Shown here: positions 11,430 through 23,550 of the stretch, piece by piece
Numbering within the stretch: the first letter of the stretch is position 1
Layout of the letters: each line of letters starts with the position of its first letter
Assembly: GCA_015680685.1 (NCBI GenBank)
Contig: MNCI01001451.1
Span: 284,362 to 348,361 of the forward strand
Length of the DNA stretch: 64,000 nucleotides
Reading direction: 5' to 3'
Origin: Gnetum montanum
Lineage: Eukaryota > Plantae > Gnetophyta
Made by a program: the position numbers and the translations under genes
The notes under the pieces: model-generated
The model's database searches: none
The model's input: the letters and a program-made list of their open reading frames with translations, nothing else
Told to the model about the DNA's origin: nothing

Positions 11430-14400
11430 CAGTCAATTTTCATTTTATACATCATATTCTCCTTCCAATTTTTCACTACTAAATAGCATACTCTATCTAA
11501 ATTGATTTCTATTCCTTCAAAAGTATTTTAGTTTCTTTCCTTCCAAATTTTTAAGATCACATGCTAGCAAAGTATTCCAATTTTTCTTAGTTCATCAAGT
11601 TACACTAATCCAAGTTCAAGCCACTACAAGATCTTGTAAAAATTTGGCCATAATAAAATATTGATTTGTACCTTTCTGAATTCTATTCTATAGGACACAA
11701 TAAAGAGATATAATTACCATATTTATAAGCATTATTACAAAAACATCTATTAACCATCATCCATCCTCACTTCAATAGATAATCTATCATTAAAATTTTA
11801 CCTCTTTGTGCCAATTCCCAAAAAACATTGAACTTTAAGGATTAGACCCATTTCCTTCCAACAAATAGCTTCTTTATCCACTTGATTTGTGCATAACATG
11901 ATCATAAGCCTCTACCACTTTTTAAGCATGTTTATTTTTCCATAAGAATTTTAAGTCATTTAAACTTCTCTTCAATCTATAGACAAGATTTCTATTTTTA
12001 ACAAAACCTTCAAGTTACATAATGTAAATTTGTTCATCCAAGACCCTATGTAGCAAGGTAGTTTTTATATCCAATTGCTTCAACTCAAGATTCAAGCATG
12101 CTACCACCAATAGAATCATTTTAATAGATGTATGTTGTACAATGTAAGAGAGTATTTCCTTAAAGTCCATATCCTTTTATTGACTAACTCCCTTGACAAC
12201 TAGACAAGTCTTATTCCTTGTCTCTTCATTCATCTGCTTCTCCAATCTAAACAATCATTTGGTTGGCATAGTTTTCTTTCCAAGAGGCAATGGGACCAAT
12301 TTCTAAGTCTTGTTTTGCGACAAACGCACTTCTTCTTTCATGGCTTACTTTCATTTCACAACATGAGAAAAGTGATGGCCTCTTAAAATGTAATGTAGTA
12401 AAGGAGACCATCAAGATGTTGTTGGCTAACAATCCTTGTAGACTATCTAACCCAATGCAAAAGAGTTTGTAGCTCTTCTTCTTGTTCTTATTCATGTTGT
12501 CCTTCATTATATTGCTCCTAATCATCTTGCGCTTTGGCAAGCAAATCTTCATTATTTTCTATTCCATTAAAGAATTGTTTCTTATCTTCTAGACTTCTAC
12601 ATCATCTTAAAGTTTCATAAACCTTTGTAATAAGTCAAAATGTAAAACCCATCCCTAGAGAGCAAGAGCTAACTCTTGAAGCCTTGAAGCCACCAAGAAA
12701 GTTTCCTAAAAATAAAAAGAGAATTTTTTTAGCGATAAATCAACCATCAGAAGTACAACCTCCAATCAATCTAACATTAACAACAATCAACTCAACATAA
12801 AAATAAACTCACTTACAATCAAATCTCCCAACTTCAAGCAACTCACTCCCAATATCTATTTTCAATAAACCTCCTCATTTGTATACAACTCCTGTAGCTC
12901 CTTCAAGATAATTTTTTTTTCCTCCTAGAAATCTTCCCCTTGTTCCTACTTATGTTGAACATCCCTCCATTGTTGTAAATAGTGTTTCTTGAGAAGTTTA
13001 AAGGAGACTTTCTCCTTTGAAGGTCAACCCTTGATAAACACCTTTCCATTCTAAGATCCATCTTGAGAAAATCATGGGAATACATCAACATGGGTTTAAG
13101 TCATCTAATTTTTTTCTACTTCGTTTCTAAGCTTAGGTATGCATAACCAAGTTCATTCCAACCTATAAGGTTGACAACCATCCACTATAGGTCTCATAGA
13201 TAGTAATAGATTATGATGATATGAAGCACACTAATTAATTCTCTAGTCAAATAAAAATCATAATTAACCATGAGATCAACAGCTACCCAACCTCTATTAA
13301 TCATGGTTATAAATCTCTCTCATTCTGATCCTTTCCTCTTATTACTCCAAGTGAACTTACAACCTTGAAGCTAAAGGTCAACAAAGGAAGAATTAGCTTC
13401 TAGGATTTATAAAAATTAGTAATCCACCTATCTTGAGCCTCATCATACATGGTCACCAAACAATCTGAAGCAAGAATCACTTTGAGTTTGTTTTTGGATA
13501 TCACAGTCAATTCCTCTATTGTGCCCTTCAAGAAAGCTAAATATGACTCCCACTCCCTTCATTTTAGAAGGCTTCTATGAGCTTCATCCACCTTGATCTC
13601 TTACCAAAATATCAAACCAAAGTTCCCTTCTTTAGTTAAATCCATAAGGGTATTTCTTTTTTTAGAAGGCACTTTGCCCCTTGCACTTCCATGATAAAAG
13701 CTTCATGGTCTACTATGAGACCTATTTTAATAGACCTCCTTCAAGATCTCCTAATTTCCTCCTTCAAAATCTCCTAATTTCCTAAATCAATAATCTTCTA
13801 GGTATCTCTTTGGCACACCTAAATTGATTTTTGTCTCTTAAAAATTTCTTTGCTTCTTTCCTTCCTTATTTTAAAGATCACCTATGCTAAAAAGCAATCC
13901 AAATTTCACTAACATGCTAAGTTCCACTAATCCAAGTCCAAGATGCTACAAAATCTTGTAAAAATTTTGGCATAATAAAGTATTTGATTTGTATTTTTTC
14001 AAACTCTATTCCAAACATGAACAATTACAAAATAGTGCAAAAAGATATTAGTATCATCTTCACATGCATTCTTACAAAAAAATTTATTAACCACCATCCA
14101 TTCTAACTTTAACAAATTATAGATCGTTAGATTTTTTTCCTTTCATCCTAGTTCAAAAAAGAATGAACTATAGGGATTATATCTATCATCTTCTAGAAAA
14201 CAACTTCTTTATCTAATTCAACTATGCATAAAGTATCATAAGCCTTTACAATTATGTATGAATGTTTATTTCTCACAACCAAGCCTCATCATCCTAAGAT
14301 TTCATATAGAAATTTTTCATTTATGCATGTACTTTTTCAAGTCCAAACATATTGTGAAAAATTCCAATGATATGCAATCCCTCTAGAAAATCTTCTATGT

Positions 14401-14525
14401 GTTCAAATATTAAATCTATATCACTTTATCCTACATCACATCTTTGTTTATGATTCTCCAAGCTAACTTTTCAAAAGAGACATATTCAAATAAAATAATT
14501 TTCTAAGTTCAAATCCACCATGTTC
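11430..14525 (-). mobile_element. Old, heavily decayed and rearranged L1-like LINE sequence
   Basis: Two related zf-RVT-like segments (~11530-11940 and ~13855-14280) and APE motif LQGCKFTWSNKR (~13335-13375) on the minus strand. Confidence 0.55.
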
Positions 14526-14530
14526 CCATG

Positions 14531-15435
14531 TGATGAAGTGTCATTAAGTCAATGCGTCGACTAGGTCGTGTATACACGACCACGTCGACGCGGGCCCATC
14601 AACGTAGACTCCCTACATCGACGTGGCCCCATTTATGCAGCCACCCTTCCCGGCCTATAAAAATATGAGGGCCTTCCGCCTCATTTAGGCATCTTTTTGA
14701 GTAGTTGTAGCGAAGCTCTTGCAGTTTGCTCCCACAAGAGATAGAATATTTTCCAAGTGCCTGCAATAGGTGTAAGAAAAGTGATCAGATCTTTATTCGA
14801 GTGTTGATGTATCTAAGCCCACTGGCGTGACAGAAATAAAGATGAATTATTCAAGCATTCCTTGCAGCATTTGGACTTAGTTATTTCATGCATTTAATAG
14901 TTTAATATGTTTATGCTTTATTAGTTACTTGTTGATTACTTATGTTTTCATTATTATAATTTCAATCGTTATTGTTCATTCGTAGTTCATTAAAGACATA
15001 AGTATGACCATCTCGAACGTAATCTAAACACTTGGTAAGCCCAGTGACGCTTAACGTCTAGTACCCTAGTAGTGTTAGGAAATGCTCAAAATGTGCTCGG
15101 AAGATGGGACTGGATACTTATGCTAGGAGTAGTTAGAATATAAACTAGGATAATTAGAGATTAGATAATAGTTTATTCTTTACTTTCCATATCTCAATTA
15201 GTCGCCGAAAAGATAATTAAAAAGATATAAAAATCATTAGCCTTAGTCTCACTTAACCATCATAAACAGGACCTCACAAGTGAGATTAGGATGACAACAA
15301 CCGTTCTAACCCAAGGTTTCACTAGTTAGAAGTCTGGTGTATGTTAAGTGCTTACAGTCTACAGATTTTGATCAAGTCGTGCGTGAATGCTCGTGATTTG
15401 TATGGTTGGGCATAGGGGTACCTAGCCACTCATCA
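14531..15435 (+). repeat. 5' LTR (905 bp)
   Basis: TGATGAAG...CACTCATCA; TATA box at ~14656; matches 26649-27734. Confidence 0.95.
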
Positions 15436-15436
15436 T

Positions 15437-15454
15437 TGGCACTGTTGCCAGGGA
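15437..15454 (+). promoter_or_regulatory. PBS, tRNA-Asp type
   Basis: TGGCACTGTTGCCAGGGA, a deaminated form of the Athila-type TGGCGCCGTTGCCGGGGA. Confidence 0.85.
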
Positions 15455-15601
15455 TTGTTAGTCTTACATGTGTCATCTGACTTTAGTGAAATTATCATTT
15501 AAGTCATTGGAACGGACCCAAGATAGAAATATTTCCACACACTAGGTGAATTTAAGTTAATTATAAGGTACACTGATTACATGGACCATCTGATATCCAA
15601 T

Positions 15602-18600
15602 ATGTCTTCTCACAGGAGAGAGGTATTTGAACCATCGGTGTCGCAAGAATGTCAAGTGGTGTACAAACATCTCGATGAATATGTCCCTGATTTCCCATTC
15701 ATCCTACATCAGGATGAGCATCTTCGATGCTGGGACATGGAGGGTAGCATCATGCTACCGCCCAACCGAGCAACTCCTACGATGCTATATCACAATCTGG
15801 GCAGATTGGGCATCTAGGACTGGGTGGCGGAGTATGTCATGGAGGACCATGACTACTGAGACTATCATCCTATAGAGGCTCAATGGACAAGAGATCAACA
15901 ACAGGCTGAGAGATATGAACAAAAGAAGGGGAAACATTTCAATAACCCCTTATTCTCGCAAGGGCCACAAGACAATGGGGATCCTGTATTTCATGATACC
16001 CATTCGACCAAACTTCACCTGGGGCTGTAGATCCTCCATTCAGTCATTCAGAAAAAACCTCCAAGTGACCATGATCCTCAAGGGGATGGCAGGTCACGTA
16101 GCAAAGCTGGAGGAGATGATCATGGCCACCACCAGGGTAGATGGGGAGATCGACGCTGGAGTGTTGACGATGTCTCTCCTTCTTCTTCGTCCTCCCCCTC
16201 TCCTGTGCCTTCATCTAGCTCAAGCTCTAAGCGTAATGACCAATCGCATGATGCTCGCCAACATGAAAGAAGGGGTAGCAGAAATCATCGCAAATGTCAT
16301 AGTCCCCAACAGGACTATGATTCACATGAGCTATTGTTAGCTACTTGGATCATCCTCCAGATTGTAGAGGTAGTTCACATTCTAAGTAGACACATGAAGG
16401 ATAGTCGGATCAAGCATGTTAATATGAACAACATCTCCAAATTTGAAGGGGGATACAACTACGATCTGTAGACCCACCTACAGGCGTTCCATGATGCCTG
16501 CATCCTACAAAACATTAATAACAATTGGCAACAGTTGAAGTTGTTCCCTCGCACACTCATCAAAGAAGCTGAAAGTTTGTACTGGTCCTTGGAGCCAAAA
16601 TCAATCAAAAGATGGAGTACGATGCTTGAAATCTTTAATAAAAAATATCAAACATACTCTAGAGTGGCGAATCTGAGATGGCATATCCAAGGTTGGAAAC
16701 AAGGGAATCATGAACCCTTGGATGCCATCATGAGTAGGTATTACTCACTATTGCATCAGTGCCTTGGTCATGGTTACTCTCAGCAGGCACAGCTTTGCCA
16801 CATTATTGATGGGCTCTATTTTGAAATACGAAAGACCCTTGGTGTGTACGCCAAGGGACGACTATCAGAGCTAAGGATCCATCAGTTGTAGCACCTCATT
16901 GATCAATTGGCCAAAGAGGAAGGAGAACTCAGAAAAAAGGAGAGCGTAGAAGAATTCAACTAGGACCCTCCTTTTAGAAAAAGGGAGGTCCAATTTTGTG
17001 ATGAGAAAGATGAGTCACCATTGGAAGTAGTGGTGAACTGGAAGACTTTGCTGTTACAAAATTTTACATCTGAAATATCAACAAAGGTGGATAAAATGTG
17101 GGACTCTTTGGATGAGAAATTCCAAAGTGTATTAAAAATTTCAAAAGAGTCCAAAGAGAAAGGTAGTGATCGTGATAGGCACAGGAAGAAGGGAGCTGAA
17201 CGTGCCCAACATAAGGGTAAGGGAAAAGTTGCTATAGCAGAATAGGTTGCAGACTCTGACACCGAGGAGGATGATGAATGTGGCATATGTGAATATGAAC
17301 ATCCTAAGGGATGTTTTCCTATGGTGTCACACCTGCAATAGTCTGGGATGTATGCCGTAAACCCTCATTTGGCGCAACGGCAAACACCCTGAAGGTTGCC
17401 TTATCCACAAGGTAATCCCAAGCGATTCCACCAGCAACAGCAAGGATACTATCCAAGTGGAATGCCCCCACAACCATATGAATACTTCCAATAGTGGCAG
17501 CAACCACAAGCATGGGGGATGCCACCTCCAAGGTAGCAGTACCCTTACAAGCAGTCAGATCCTTATGGGTACTATGTTTAGCAACCAGTCTCTCTAAGAG
17601 ACTCTTCCAGTCATGCGACCTTTCCCAGTTACTACCACCCCCCTAAATATTTTAGACATCCATCTCCATCACCCAAGGGGACAAACCCACATCTCTTCTA
17701 CCCTCTGTCACCTTCTTCTGCTACTCCTCCATACCATCCATCTCAGTTGCCACCTACTCCATCCATGTAGGGAGAAATACCACCATAGCCACAACAACAA
17801 AACACTATGAGGGCTATTAACTTACAACTGGCACCTCGGTCGGGTGGATCGGAACCCAAGCCATGCAAACATCCTTTTTTTCGACCCAATAATCTAAACA
17901 CACCCTCACCTATGCCTGTGGCCAGTGCCTCTGAACATACCAACACCTCTACCATTATACTGCCCAAGTAGTCCTCCACTCCACCGCACTCCAACTTCTA
18001 GATGGTCATGCTCACACATGTCATGACCTACTGGATCAAAGCAGGTTCTCTCCCCTGAAAATTGATAGATCCGAGAAGCCCCTTCATATATCTTCAGGTG
18101 GTTGGGAATGAGTCGTGCAAAGCTCTTCTAGACTTAGGGTCAGGGGTCAATTTAATTTCTCATGACATGTACAAGAACTAGAACCTGCCCCCGCTAAAGA
18201 AGAGCAACATCCAGCTCACGTTAGCATACCAATCCATCACCGTTCCCTTGGGTTTGGTGGAGGACATTGTGACCACCATTTGTGGGTGGTCCTACCCTAC
18301 TGATTTCCTAGTCATCCGTGTAGAAAACTGTAAGGGCAACTTCCCAATCATTATGGAAAGAGCCAGGCTAAGCACAATGGATGCATGACTAGGACTCCAA
18401 GATCTATCCCTAAAAACTTCAAAGGAAAATCCTTTCAGGAAGATCAAGTAGAAAAGAGTTCCATGCATCGCGTACAGTGACTCAAGGTGCAACTCTGTGC
18501 AGCAGTTATGGTCCACTAAGCAGATATCCATTCAAGCATGCAGTCGATGTACGAAGAAATCACCCATTCAATAGTGCCTATATGCAGCAGCCACTAACCA

Positions 18601-21600
18601 AGAGGGGACCCAGTGGCTGACAGCTAATTCTGCTAATAGCACATTATGCATGGAACCATCTGATGGGCTAGTGTAAGCCTCTGTTGAAAGCACGGATGAG
18701 ATGAAGAAGATTCATCAATAGATCTCTGTTGTTGATGACCAAGATGACTGGGGAAAGCTAGAAATCCTTGAGAGCTTCAAATAAGAGTCCCTTGAGCTAA
18801 AATCCCTACCAACTCACTTAGAGTACGCATTCTTGCAAAATGGCAAGCCGGTAATTATCAATGCCACCCTTGCTCCTAAACAGAAAAAGAAATTGCTGGG
18901 GATGGTAAACAAATGGATTGCTACATTTGCGTGGTCCTATCCTGAGTTGACTGGACTTGATCCTAGGATCTGCCAGCATCGGATCTACCTTGAGCCTTCC
19001 ATGAAGCCACGACGACAACCACAAAGATGGTTGAATCCCAGATTGAAGTAGGTTGTAAAAGATGAAATTGAACAATTTCTTAAGGTGGGATTCATCTATT
19101 CTGTTGCTAATAGCAAATGGGTTAGCTTACTCGTTATCATACCCAAGAAAGATGGCAAGTGGAGGGTCTGTAGTGATTTCCGGTTACTCAACATGGCGAC
19201 CTTCAAGGACCACTTTCTACTCCCATTTATGGACCAGGTGTTGGACACAATCGCAGGACACTGATATTACAATTTTTTGGATGGTTATAGTGGTTATAAC
19301 CCAATCCAAATAGCACGAGAGGACCAGGCCAAAACTACTTTTACAAGTCCATGGGGGACTTTTGCATATAAGAATATGCCCTTTGGCCTGTGCAATGTGC
19401 CTGTGATGTTCCAACACTTTGTCCTAAGAATCTTCCAGCAACAGATCAACAATGGTGTAGAGGTCTTCATGGATGAATTCTCCACCTATGGTACCATGTT
19501 CGTGCAAGCCTTGGACCACCTAGAGAAAGTTCTAAAGAGGTGTGTAGACACCAATCTGTAGCTCAATTGGCAAAAGAGCCATTTGATGGTCCAAGAGGGC
19601 ATTGTGTTGGGGCATCACATCTCATCAACAGGGATCAGCGTAGACCCTGAAAAGATTAGGATCATCCAAGGAATTACCCATCAACCAAGTACTGTTAAAG
19701 ATGTGCAGTCATTCCTTGGACACACTGGTTACTCGGGGCATTTCATTGAGCACTTCTCAAAGATCGCTCGACCATTGGTAGAACTTACAAAGAAGGATGC
19801 TCTATTCATCTGGACCAAGGAATGTGAATCTGCATTCCAAGAGCTGAAACAAAAACTCATAGAAGCTCTGATTCTATGGGAACTTGATTGGTCCAGACCC
19901 TTTCACATTATGATGGATGCCTCCAACTATGCCTTGGGAGCTGTGCTTACACAGTGTGATGATCAGAAACATCCATATTACCTCCACTATGCAAGTCGTA
20001 GCACTGTGGGTGCTCAACTAAACTATACCACCACCGAGAAGGAATTGATGCCAGTGGTGTTCACCTTGGATAAATTTTGGCACTATGTGCTTGGATACGA
20101 GGTGTTTGTGCACACAGACCATAGTGCTATCTGGTTCCTAATGAACAAACCAATGGTGAGCCCCCACATAATTCGGTGGCTAGTGATTCTTCAGGAGTTT
20201 GATCTTACCATGGTAGATAGAAAGGGGACTGAGAATGTGGTTGCTAACCACTTGTCTTGGTTATGATGGCATGACATAGAAGAGGAGGAGCCTTTATCCA
20301 ACCAATTTCTAGATGACCTCCTCTTTACAGGCGTCGTTGATCCTCAAGCACCCAAGGAATCTCCTTGGTTCAACCGCATCCTCACCTACCTTACAACCCA
20401 AGAGCTACCAAAAGAGTGGACTCATCAGCAGAAACAGAAATTTCTCCATAAGGCCAAACATTTCATGGAAATTAATGGCCACCTCTACAAGGTGTGTGCA
20501 GACGGCTTGGTTCAATGGTGTGTCCCTAATGATGATACATTGTGCATCCTCCAAGATGCTCACAAGGGCCCTTGTGGGGGCCACTATGCTGGACACCAAA
20601 CAGCCATTAAAATCTTGCTTGTAGGGTATTATTGGCCTACACTTTTCAAGAATGCACAATGGTTCACCTGCTCTTGCAAACGATGCCAAAGAGATGGTGG
20701 GATGATGACACGGTTGGAGGAACCTCAACAGTGGATCCAGCCACTAGAGCCCTTCGACATCTGGGGTATCGACTTCATGGGACCCATCACCCCCTTGTCA
20801 AATGGAAAGGCATACATCATCATCGCTATGGACTACTGTACAAAGTGGGTAGAAGTGGTAGCCATCATCAACTGTTCTTCAAACACAACTACACGATTTG
20901 TCCAACAACAAATTGTTACCAGGTTTGGAGTGCCTTGTGCACTCATTTCTAACAATGGGACTCACTTCACGGGTGTCACTTTTTGAAAACTCATGCAACG
21001 CTTAGGGGTAACACATAAATTTACAACACCCTATCACCCCCAAGCCAACGGGTAGGCCAAAGTCACCAATAGGGAGATTACCAAGATCCTNTAGGGTATT
21101 CTCCCTATGAGTTAGTGTACGAATAGTTGCCAACACTTCCAATCCAAGTAAAACTCTGGACACTATCCACCACCTGTGACCTCGATCTTGACCTACCGCT
21201 AGCACAACGGGAATAATTAATCAATTTAAGTGTGCTAGATGAGAACCGATTAGTGGCCCTATTTTCCAATGAAACCCACAAGGCCTATAACAAGAAACGA
21301 CATGATCTTAGGATTTGGAAGGTCACATTTCAATGTGGAGACAAGGTATTTTATTGGAACCCCTCACATGTATCCTAATCAACAAAATTTCAGACATTAT
21401 GGGAGGGATCTTATATTGTCTCCGAAACCTTCCCATCTAGGGCCTTGCTCATCCACAAACCTGGGGATCCCACCAGAACATAGTTAGTTAACCGCCAACA
21501 ACTCAAATCTTTCTGTGAGCTCCACAGAACCAGTGCCACTACCTCATCATCAACTGGTCACCCACGCTCCATTTTTCGCATCTCCTCCTTTCCACCTAGT

Positions 21601-21627
21601 CGTGGGGGAGACCCTCATCCCTGCTGA
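15602..21627 (+). pseudogene. gag-pol: gag-pol polyprotein (Gag, PR, RT, RNase H, integrase), inactivated
   Basis: Gag LKLFPRTL...W; PR ALLDLGSGVNLI (18122); RT MDGYSGYNPI..MPFGLCN..FMDEFS; RH DASNYALGAVL..NYTTTEKEL; INT HKGPCGGH..CKRCQ..WGIDFMGP. Ends SRGGDPHPC*. Many premature stops. Confidence 0.93.
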
Positions 21628-23550
21628 TCCATTTCACTACACCCCTTAGCATTTTGTCATTTTTTGTTTTACACCTTTTTGTTTTGCACTTTTTTTCCAC
21701 TTATTTGTTTTCCATTTTTCATGTTTTTTTTGTTTACCTTTTGTCGTCATATTGTTTGGCACAGTCGATTTTTGTTACGATGGGTACTATAATTATCTTC
21801 CTCATTATCTAGCTCCCACCATTGCATGGTTGTCCTTGGATTTTTTATCATTTTCACTTCATAAATTCGGCAATGAGTCCACATCATCCACCCTTTCACC
21901 ATTCCATGGTTTTCTTTTTATCGCGAACATGCAACCCCTTCACTTAACAAACATTTTAATGAATGTGTGACTTATGTAGTTCCCCTACTAAGGGATGACC
22001 CACTAGTTTGAATTGGGTGTCACTTCAAGGGGAATGCTTTATTCGTTGTTCTATTCTATTCCTTGGGTTGCTGGTGTGTCCTTACAGATTTTCTACCACT
22101 CCAAGTATCTCTCCACGGAAGCTTTTGGGCAGTTTGACCTTGCATGGTGTGGTCCTCACTGAAAAATACAAAATAAAAAAACAAAAACAAAAAAAATCAA
22201 AAAATACACTGAGGATTCAAAGCACACCCCTTGGTTGGATGCATGCACACATGCATGGGTCTTTGCATGGTGTGGTTCCCCCACACAAAAAAGAAAAAAA
22301 ACAAATCGCGATGGAAATTCAAAGCACACCCCTTAGACCGCCTCTCACAGGTCACACGCACTAGTTATGGGACTTCCTTGGTCCCCTCTAACTTTGGCCC
22401 ATTTCACTTCCTTCTTCTCACATTTCCTAGAGTGGTGGTTCTCTGTGGGATCATTCTTGTTTCCTTGGGGGATGGTCAGGACTTTGTCTATCACTACGAT
22501 GTCACTGTTTGTGGATGGTTTTGGGTCTAACCTCAGGAAAGGTTCTACCGGGTCACTTAACCACAATCGCACACAGGGTTTCATCTGGTCAATACTCAGA
22601 ATTTTCATTCTCTCCTCTCCCTCTATTCCTGCTTCTCTCTATACTCACCTCACTGCTCTTTTTATGTTTTGTGTGTTCGTCATGTTTTCCATCGATCTCT
22701 CATGCCTTGGAAGGTTCTCTTGGTTTGGCATCTTCACGGGTCAACACCAATTATTGGCACCTGGGCCCACGGACCCTGGTGTTGAGGGTATGCAGGGGCT
22801 ACAAAGGCTATTACCTGTTATGCGGAGGACCCACCTGATATTCCTGGTTCCACCTGTTAAGCCTCCAATCCTTTGGATTCCTTGGTTGATCATTTTCCGT
22901 GTCATCATTCGATTTCTTCCTTGCATGAGTTCTTTTTAACCCACGTTCTTCAATTTTATCTCTTTTTCACACTCCATTCCCTTCCTCTTGTCCTTAGCCA
23001 TGATCGGGCCTTTCCCGTGCTTCAACCGCCTCAACTGGATTTTCAAATTCATCATTTCAGGTGTTTTATGGGTTGGTCAATGCTAGTCCACAGGTGAACA
23101 GTGCTGCATATACGGGGCCCTGTATACGCAGCGCCTGCGTATATGCAGTCCCTTCTACGCAGTGCCCAACCCCTATATATACCCCACCACACTTTGTCAT
23201 TTTTTCATCATTTGAAGTCCAAATTGAGGGGAGTTTTTACCATTTTTTCTACCTCACCCTTCCCAACGCACCTACATTCCATGCCATGTCCGCATCAACC
23301 TATCCTTGCCCCTTTTTACGCAACCGGAGGTATGCTCTCAGTCATGGGGGGTGGTGCCTTTGTGTAATTAATTAATTAGTTAATTAGTTGTTAATTACAA
23401 AACCTTTGGTCCTAACCCCTAACTTAACACTCCGGGAGACTTAATGGTGTGCATGTGCCATTAACATAACTTGGTCAAACTGAGAAAGTATATATAGACC
23501 ATCTTAAGCTACTTATGAATGGTCTAACGGACAGTTATGTTTGATTTCAA

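Noticed and set aside
22008-23375. Cluster of hydrophobic ORFs (e.g. 22367..22939) as a possible membrane or env protein
   Set aside because: Pyrimidine-rich UTR composition. Nucleotide motifs are shared with the related element but no protein conservation is visible.
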